From contig NZ_LN885086.1 in NCBI RefSeq assembly GCF_001458695.1, forward strand, positions 660,001 through 692,000: DNA of 32,000 nucleotides, written 5' to 3'. Each line of letters starts with the position of its first letter. Within the stretch, counting starts at the first letter, position 1. Under the pieces are notes generated by a model. The model ran no database searches and was not told the DNA's origin. It worked only from the letters and a program-made list of their open reading frames with translations. A program made the position numbers and the translations under genes. The DNA is from Candidatus Nitrospira inopinata (GTDB taxonomy: Bacteria > Nitrospirota > Nitrospiria > Nitrospirales > Nitrospiraceae). This document shows, one piece after another, positions 28,201 through 32,000 of the stretch.

Positions 28201-30007
28201 CTTCCCACTTCCAATTGACGACCGTGGCGTCATTGGCCTGCGCCTGCTTCACCTGGTCCTCGGTCTTCCCCGGCAGGCCCTGAGGCGGAAGCATGTACTC
28301 AACCCAATCCTTGATGGACACCTTCACCGGATTGGCTTTCCAATCCGTCTTGTCCTTAGTGATTTCGTACTTCTTGCCGCCGTACCAATCGACCATCGTC
28401 CCGACGAGTTTGTCAGACGTGACGGCCGGCTTGATCTTCCCCTTGCGATCCGGCAACTCAACCAACGGCTTCATGACGTCGGTTTGAAAACCGGGGGCTT
28501 GCAACGTGTTGTACACGCGCCAGAACCCCCACATGCCTGTTACATAGTGCTGGGGGATATGGCAGTGGAACACGAACTCTCCGGCGAGCGCCTGCAATCC
28601 TCCAGAACCACCCTCGATGACTTCGTCGTAGATTTCAGATGGCCCGATCGACTGGACGTCCAAACGATCCGACGTATCGTTGATGAGCGGGAACTTGACT
28701 GGTCCATTCTTGGACAGAGTCGGATCGAGCCTGCTGGTCTCGGGCTGTCTGGCCCAGCGAATCGACCCTCCATGCAGGTGATGCGAGTGCACGATTTCCG
28801 ATCCGCCGACCATGCGAAACTTGGCCGGATCCCCCAGATAAGAGCGAGGAATCGTGGTGGCGGGATCGCCGAACGTGTAAGAGCCGTACCCTTGCGACTC
28901 ATCCGCAAAACCGATCAAGTGAGCTTGCAACTCCAATCGTTCTCCATGCGGCTCGCTCCGATAGTTGAGCAGCCGGGCGGCCGGCCGATAGGTGTCGGTA
29001 TGAGCGTCCCGCTGCGGAAGCATGTCGCCCTTGCGGTTCAACAGCCGGAACGTCTCATCCCCCGCCTCATGGTAGAAAATGACGAACTCGCGAAAATCGG
29101 ATCCGCCCTCCACATCGATCATGGCTTCCCAGCCGCTCTTCATCTCTTCCCCGGTAAAGGGACTCAGATAACGGGAACCTCTCGGTTCGACTACGAGCGA
29201 TCCAAGCAAACCCAGTGAATATTGATCCCTGGTGGCATGGCTATGAAAAGCACGACCACCCTCCTGAAGATCGACCGGGATATACCATTCAAATTCCCCG
29301 ACCTTGCCCGGAGCGACGAGCGCGTCCGGGTTGTTGGCCGTCGCCGGCTTGCCGGTCGCAGCCACCAACATCTGCGACCCATTGATGATCATGTTCGTCG
29401 GCTCGCCGTCGATCGCGTTGCGCAGGGTAATCCGAAGACAATCACCCTGATTGGCCCGAATCACCAGCGGCTGGATCAAATCGCCCTGCAGGCCGGTCGA
29501 CACCGCCCCTCCGGCGAACGTCGGATCCTCGCTCTCGCGGGCCGCTCTATTTTTCTCTTCCTCCTCGCGAACGCCCGGAACATTTTCCGTCAGCGCATAC
29601 ATGTACCCGGGGTAAAAGTCTCCGAACCGATTCACGGTGATCTCGACGTTGATGGCCGTGATATCGTACGCCCGGACTGGAGCATGGGCGGGACAACGCA
29701 TCCCCTGGGTCACCTTCACCTTATCCTGATCCTCCGCCACCAGCAAAACTCCCTGCTGCATGGCGTGGGCGCTGGCCCCTCTGAATGGGCCCTTGGTCTG
29801 CACTTCCCGCTCGACCTGTTCGATCGCCTTCGACATTTTGTCTTGCAGCGTCGGGCCGGCCTGCCAATGCACGGGCTGCATCGGATTGGCCTTTGAATCA
29901 TGCGTATCGTGGGACGTGACGGCACCGACTGGAGGCGCCCCAGCCAATGTCAGGAAGATTGCACAGCCAAGGACTCCCGACCAAATCCTTTTGATTGAAG
30001 CAGTCAT
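25274..30007 (-). CDS. Giant secreted six-cupredoxin-domain multicopper oxidase (MnxG/MofA/ceruloplasmin-like architecture)
   Basis: 1577 aa, with a GAGGAGG SD 9 nt upstream of the ATG at 30007. The signal is MTASIKRIWSGVLGCAIFLTLAGAPPVGA. MCO ligand motifs: VHSHHLHGG (28769-28792), FHCHIPQHYVTGMWG (28532-28567), LHPHFFQFD (27659-27667) and YWHDH (27263-27277). The protein shows a three-fold internal repeat of a two-domain unit; see findings. Confidence 0.88.
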   Translation of the reverse strand: MTASIKRIWSGVLGCAIFLTLAGAPPVGAVTSHDTHDSKANPMQPVHWQAGPTLQDKMSKAIEQVEREVQTKGPFRGASAHAMQQGVLLVAEDQDKVKVTQGMRCPAHAPVRAYDITAINVEITVNRFGDFYPGYMYALTENVPGVREEEEKNRAARESEDPTFAGGAVSTGLQGDLIQPLVIRANQGDCLRITLRNAIDGEPTNMIINGSQMLVAATGKPATANNPDALVAPGKVGEFEWYIPVDLQEGGRAFHSHATRDQYSLGLLGSLVVEPRGSRYLSPFTGEEMKSGWEAMIDVEGGSDFREFVIFYHEAGDETFRLLNRKGDMLPQRDAHTDTYRPAARLLNYRSEPHGERLELQAHLIGFADESQGYGSYTFGDPATTIPRSYLGDPAKFRMVGGSEIVHSHHLHGGSIRWARQPETSRLDPTLSKNGPVKFPLINDTSDRLDVQSIGPSEIYDEVIEGGSGGLQALAGEFVFHCHIPQHYVTGMWGFWRVYNTLQAPGFQTDVMKPLVELPDRKGKIKPAVTSDKLVGTMVDWYGGKKYEITKDKTDWKANPVKVSIKDWVEYMLPPQGLPGKTEDQVKQAQANDATVVNWKWEGNLALNEPETPHQWANYVSPAPLKRPPILFDPQTGKLAFPWLRPHLGKRPPFAPNHGGAPWLEPFHVREDGTKSTEPARPGEQGPWSLCPENAPRKYFTIHSITLPITLKKATAKTPALVDPIGMIYVLHEEEEEVRKTPEKQVPLVIRANVYDCVDVIFKNEIPDDARTGWANKINLHPHFFQFDTSASDGPTIGFSYDMSLRAFTMLKDPAPNEGMPLPANTVLTADVKAGASSITVADPSKFHVNIELGVGMDDPKYFEVARIKSINGKTVTFDRPLKHGHKKNDIVSVEFIRERWYIDADLGTVYWHDHVFGTDTWGHGLFSALITEPPRSTYHDPVTGKEIRSGPIADIHTLEPVSAHIRGSFREVMMHIMDSNARTAELITTDNPQAKVGAVTVDGPPSHQFPPRINKSPMWFLNGGEATTGSGYSMRVEPLSVRLANDPDPSKLFVSGIHGDPATPLLRAYLGDPILVRALVGSANEVHTWHVTGHWFPLERYAATAMPRSTIHLVIGERYDPAIPAAGGPQKMAGDYLYYSGRASHFSEGSWGIIRVYDELQKDLKPLPGREEIQKSASSVCPADAPVKSFNVSAVDQQIRYHEGAPGVMEVDLERKMVFGNEQGKMYVLEGDRGKVKAGELKPSPLTLHVNVGDCVKIHLKNEMAKERAGFHVDMMAFDPKDSFGANVGNNPGDQTIGPGEKKTYTYYAHPEYGEVAALIQDWGNVVENPRNGLFGSIIVGPRGSQYRDPVTGEDISMKSSWRADVLVDRTIPGNEKRKNYRDFSLMFQDEDNIVGVSFMPYIQQVAGITAVNYRSEPAAWRVEKGCDVSEVFSCVKAGEIPSTPLLQAHVGDPVIIHVLGAFSEQVQLFTVDGHEWPHEPYMKGADQVSTMEFGGSEIINAYLTGGAGGPNKIVGDYIWKNQRPAYANAGQWGLFKVLPVDDRRILPLNPQVPPTKRVEQPSGEAKATPTSMSEE

Positions 30008-30044
30008 AACGTTTGGCCTCCTCGTTCAGACACAGATTTTTTAT

Positions 30045-30086
30045 GAGACAAAGACAACAAGGCAAAGAACAGAGAAGAGAAAGAAC
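30045..30086 (-). promoter_or_regulatory. Pyrimidine-rich (CU) tract in the leader just upstream of the MCO ribosome-binding site
   Basis: The plus strand reads GAGACAAAGACAACAAGGCAAAGAACAGAGAAGAGAAAGAAC, about 86% purine. The mRNA-sense strand is therefore GUUCUUUCUCUUCUCUGUUCUUUGCCUUGUUGUCUUUGUCUC, 38-79 nt upstream of the ATG. A weak sigma70-like pair overlaps it: TTGCCT (30060-30065), 16 nt spacer, TAAAAA (30038-30043). The function is not established. Confidence 0.3.
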
Positions 30087-30125
30087 TTGTTCGCGAAAGA
30101 ATGTGCTGGACCACGGCCATCCAGG

Positions 30126-30149
30126 TGCTGTTTATCGTGTTGTTTATCG
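30126..30149. repeat. Two tandem 12-mers in the MCO upstream region (possible regulator site)
   Basis: TGCTGTTTATCG (30126-30137) and TGTTGTTTATCG (30138-30149), 11/12 identical. On the gene-sense strand this reads CGATAAACAACA CGATAAACAGCA, 119-142 nt upstream of the ATG. Confidence 0.5.
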
Positions 30150-30599
30150 CAGTCGACGGGAATCTCTTTCGGCGCGGAACTGACACCGCTCTGCTTTGAT
30201 CTCCAGCCGAATGTTTATAACGATTCGAGCGGGATTTTTCAAGAGACCTTGCTTCCTCCTGCACCTTACCCCACAAACTCCGAGATGCGCCGCCGACTGA
30301 CCATATCTGCAACCATCTTACTACCTGTCGGGCGAAGAGGGAACCCTCCCTCCCGTAAAAAACGAGAGCCGGCCCCGCCGAGAAACATTGCTCGTCAGGT
30401 AAAGGAAACGCGAGGCTCCTCTCCGAGATGGCAACCGACCCAAAAAGGACGCCTCGGAGATGAGCGGGGTTTCCCATTCAGAGAAGAGGGGCAAGAAAAT
30501 GCGCCGCCACGGGGTCTCGTTAAATTCAACGTCGGCGTGTAACGGAGGCTTATCCCTTCCTCCTTACGGCCGCCTATCATACCCTTCATCTCGCTTTTC

Positions 30600-31037
30600 T
30601 TATGTTCCGTCGTCTTTCATGGCGGCGAGATGCTTCATCGCTTCTCGTGCCGCGGCGCGAGCCTTGATCGCAGGGTTCAGGCTGGCTCCCGGGTCCACCT
30701 TATCACCCATTTCTTCGACCCGTTTACAATGTTTGATGGCTTCCTCCAAATGCGGCGCGGCCTCCCTGCCTTGACTATTGCCGGCAGGCAACAGTTTGAG
30801 GATGGCCTGAGCTTGCCTGGACACTTCGGCGCAATGATGCAGAATAGCCCTCCCGTCACCCATTCCGCCGTGCATCACCATTTCCTCGGCGTCTCTTACC
30901 ATCGCCTGGCCTTGTTCTTGAATCTGCTTGATGGAGGCCGCGTGAACGGGCGCAGTCCCCATGACCAGCCAACCCAACAGCATGAATACAAAGAACTTTG
31001 GGGAGACCTTCCTTTTCATCATCGCCTGCTTGCTCAC
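30600..31037 (-). CDS. Small periplasmic helical His/Met/Cys-rich metal-binding protein (SmbP- or DUF305-like; family unresolved)
   Basis: 145 aa. The signal is (MSKQA)MMKRKVSPKFFVFMLLGWLVMGTAPVHA. The mature part is about 112 aa and helical, with MVMHGGMGDG and two related H-C motifs, ILHHCAEVSRQA and IKHCKRVEEMG, plus HLEEAIKH and AREAMKHLAAM. The GTG at 31037 overlaps the upstream stop codon (GTGA). ATG-ATG at 31022/31019 is an alternative start. Confidence 0.5.
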   Translation of the reverse strand: MSKQAMMKRKVSPKFFVFMLLGWLVMGTAPVHAASIKQIQEQGQAMVRDAEEMVMHGGMGDGRAILHHCAEVSRQAQAILKLLPAGNSQGREAAPHLEEAIKHCKRVEEMGDKVDPGASLNPAIKARAAAREAMKHLAAMKDDGT

Positions 31038-31804
31038 CTCGTCTCAAACACAAATTCGATCGCGGCCGTCCCCTTCGGTCCGACCGTCACGTCTTGTTCC
31101 CGAGCGCCCAGCGCCGGATGCCAGGCCTTGATACGGTAGGTGCCGGCCGGCAAATCGTCAATTATGAACGAGCCGGTCTCGCCGGTCACCGCATAATACG
31201 GATTGTCGATCGCATAGCCCCAGTTCTGCATATAGGGATGCATACCGCACTGCATGGTGAAGACCTTTCGGCCCTTGACAAGATTTACGACGTCCGTCGT
31301 GCCGGTCGCCTTCAGCGACGGCCTATGCAGAACAATGTCCACGCCCGATTGATCGTAGGCGTACCCCTGAATGTCGTGCGACACGGGATCTCGATTTGTG
31401 ACGGTCAACTGCCGTTTATCGCTGACGACCGTGACAAACGGTAAAAACTGGCAGACGACGGCCTCCACTTTGGCGTCCGTAAAGGTAAACGGCTTGCCGC
31501 TCTGGACTCCTTCTATCACGACCACAACGTCCTTGAGTCCCCCGCCTTGCCCGACCTGGACCTCCGTCATGAACCGCCGCCCGTTTCCATCCGACAACGC
31601 GCCGCAAAACACCTGGTCAGGATACCGGCGCAGCTCGAATTCCTTGGGCGGCGGAATCGCGCCTTGAAATGTGACGGTTCCTCGCACAGTGGCGCCGTCG
31701 GTCACAGTTCGCGATTCATAGGCCCAACTGTATTCATCTTGCGAGAGCCCTGCCGTGAACACCCAGGCAATCAGGCCGACTCCCATCATGGTGGATCGTT
31801 TCAC
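31034..31804 (-). CDS. Secreted type-1 cupredoxin flanked by beta-sandwich (carboxypeptidase-regulatory-like) segments
   Basis: 256 aa. The GTG at 31804 has a GGAGGAGGAA SD 6 nt upstream and overlaps the upstream stop codon (GTGA). The signal is MKRSTMMGVGLIAWVFTAG. Blue-copper ligand pattern: His143 (NRDPVSHDIQG) and Cys186-x2-His189-x2-Met192 (FTMQCGMHPYMQ), which has amicyanin-like loop spacing. The N-terminal GATVRGTVTF and C-terminal TGETGSFIIDDLPAGTYRIKAWHPALG are typical of CarboxypepD_reg-like beta-sandwiches. Confidence 0.65.
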   Translation of the reverse strand: MKRSTMMGVGLIAWVFTAGLSQDEYSWAYESRTVTDGATVRGTVTFQGAIPPPKEFELRRYPDQVFCGALSDGNGRRFMTEVQVGQGGGLKDVVVVIEGVQSGKPFTFTDAKVEAVVCQFLPFVTVVSDKRQLTVTNRDPVSHDIQGYAYDQSGVDIVLHRPSLKATGTTDVVNLVKGRKVFTMQCGMHPYMQNWGYAIDNPYYAVTGETGSFIIDDLPAGTYRIKAWHPALGAREQDVTVGPKGTAAIEFVFETR

Positions 31805-32000
31805 TGTTGTTCCTCCTCCGAATGTTGGCCGCCAGAAGACGGCGCTTGCATGGACTCCCGCGGAACCGCCGGGTCGAGTCGCTGGGGAAGCTCAAACAGG
31901 TAGGGCGACTGTTCGGTAAAGACGACTCTGCGGAACTCTTCCGACCACTGCCCCTGCTTGCTCACCGTCTTCAGGGGGAACCGTTGCGCCTTCGTCACCC
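31801..32000 (-). CDS. 3' end of an unidentified gene, translationally coupled to the cupredoxin gene (5' part outside the window)
   Basis: The frame is open to the right window edge, ...TKAQRFPLKTVSKQGQWSEEFRRVVFTEQSPYLFELPQRLDPAVPRESMQAPSSGGQHSEEEQQ*. The TGA at 31801-31803 overlaps the next gene's GTG. I recognised no family in the 66 visible residues. Confidence 0.4.
   Translation of the reverse strand, partial: VTKAQRFPLKTVSKQGQWSEEFRRVVFTEQSPYLFELPQRLDPAVPRESMQAPSSGGQHSEEEQQ

Noticed and set aside
26189-29218. A 1009-aa plus-strand ORF lying antisense to the multicopper oxidase gene
   Set aside because: The composition is extremely Arg/His/Asp/Pro/Gly-rich with no recognisable motifs, signal peptide or SD. 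It lies entirely inside a minus-strand gene that has unmistakable MCO motifs and an internal repeat structure. Long antisense open frames are expected in GC-rich genes that avoid TTA/CTA/TCA codons.
30004-30477. A 157-aa minus-strand ORF in the MCO leader whose TGA overlaps the MCO ATG (ATGA), which could suggest a coupled upstream gene
   Set aside because: The translation is Ser/Arg-rich and looks non-protein-like. The region is GC-poorer than every real gene in the window. It contains the purine/pyrimidine tract and the tandem 12-mers, and no SD precedes it. I treat the region as non-coding leader, though ribosome profiling could revisit this.
1-32000. A search by eye for CRISPR arrays, tRNA/rRNA genes, IS elements, integrases, toxin-antitoxin pairs and phage-defence-like genes
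   Set aside because: I recognised none. There are no spaced direct-repeat arrays, no tRNA-like T-arm/acceptor patterns in the intergenic regions, and no transposase/integrase/nuclease-like translations. The only repeats are the short tandem arrays reported above.

Overview
GC-rich (about 60% by eye) bacterial chromosomal segment with 24 supportable protein-coding genes, 21 of them on the minus strand. I recognised no rRNA, tRNA, CRISPR array, IS/transposase, integrase or transcription-factor gene. All family calls come from reading the translations and from memory; no database search was run. Left to right: (1) pntB-pntAB-pntAA proton-translocating transhydrogenase (1-2666, -). (2) A small secreted cupredoxin (3180-3647, +). 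(3) Phosphoketolase and an alpha-glucan phosphorylase (3741-8027, -). (4) A long same-strand run, sqr-DUF2892-MFP-RND-TolC-HlyD-ABC ATPase-2 ABC-2 permeases (8127-21466, -), in which two different efflux machines flank one outer-membrane factor gene behind a sulfide:quinone oxidoreductase. (5) The most interesting part, an extracytoplasmic copper/redox cluster (21661-32000). It holds a membrane-anchored C-terminal-CXXCH cytochrome, a CopD-like membrane protein, an FGE-fold protein without the catalytic cysteines, two secreted hypothetical proteins and a 1577-aa six-cupredoxin-domain multicopper oxidase. That oxidase has a single, permuted copper-ligand set. Upstream of it sits a translationally coupled trio: an unknown partial gene, a cupredoxin flanked by beta-sandwich-like segments, and a His/Met/Cys-rich small metal-binding protein. 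I propose this as a candidate undescribed periplasmic metal-cation (Mn/Fe/Cu) oxidation module, of the MnxG/MofA class in architecture only. The substrate is inference and needs experiment. The many long plus-strand ORFs in the track are Arg/His/Pro-rich antisense shadows of the real minus-strand genes.
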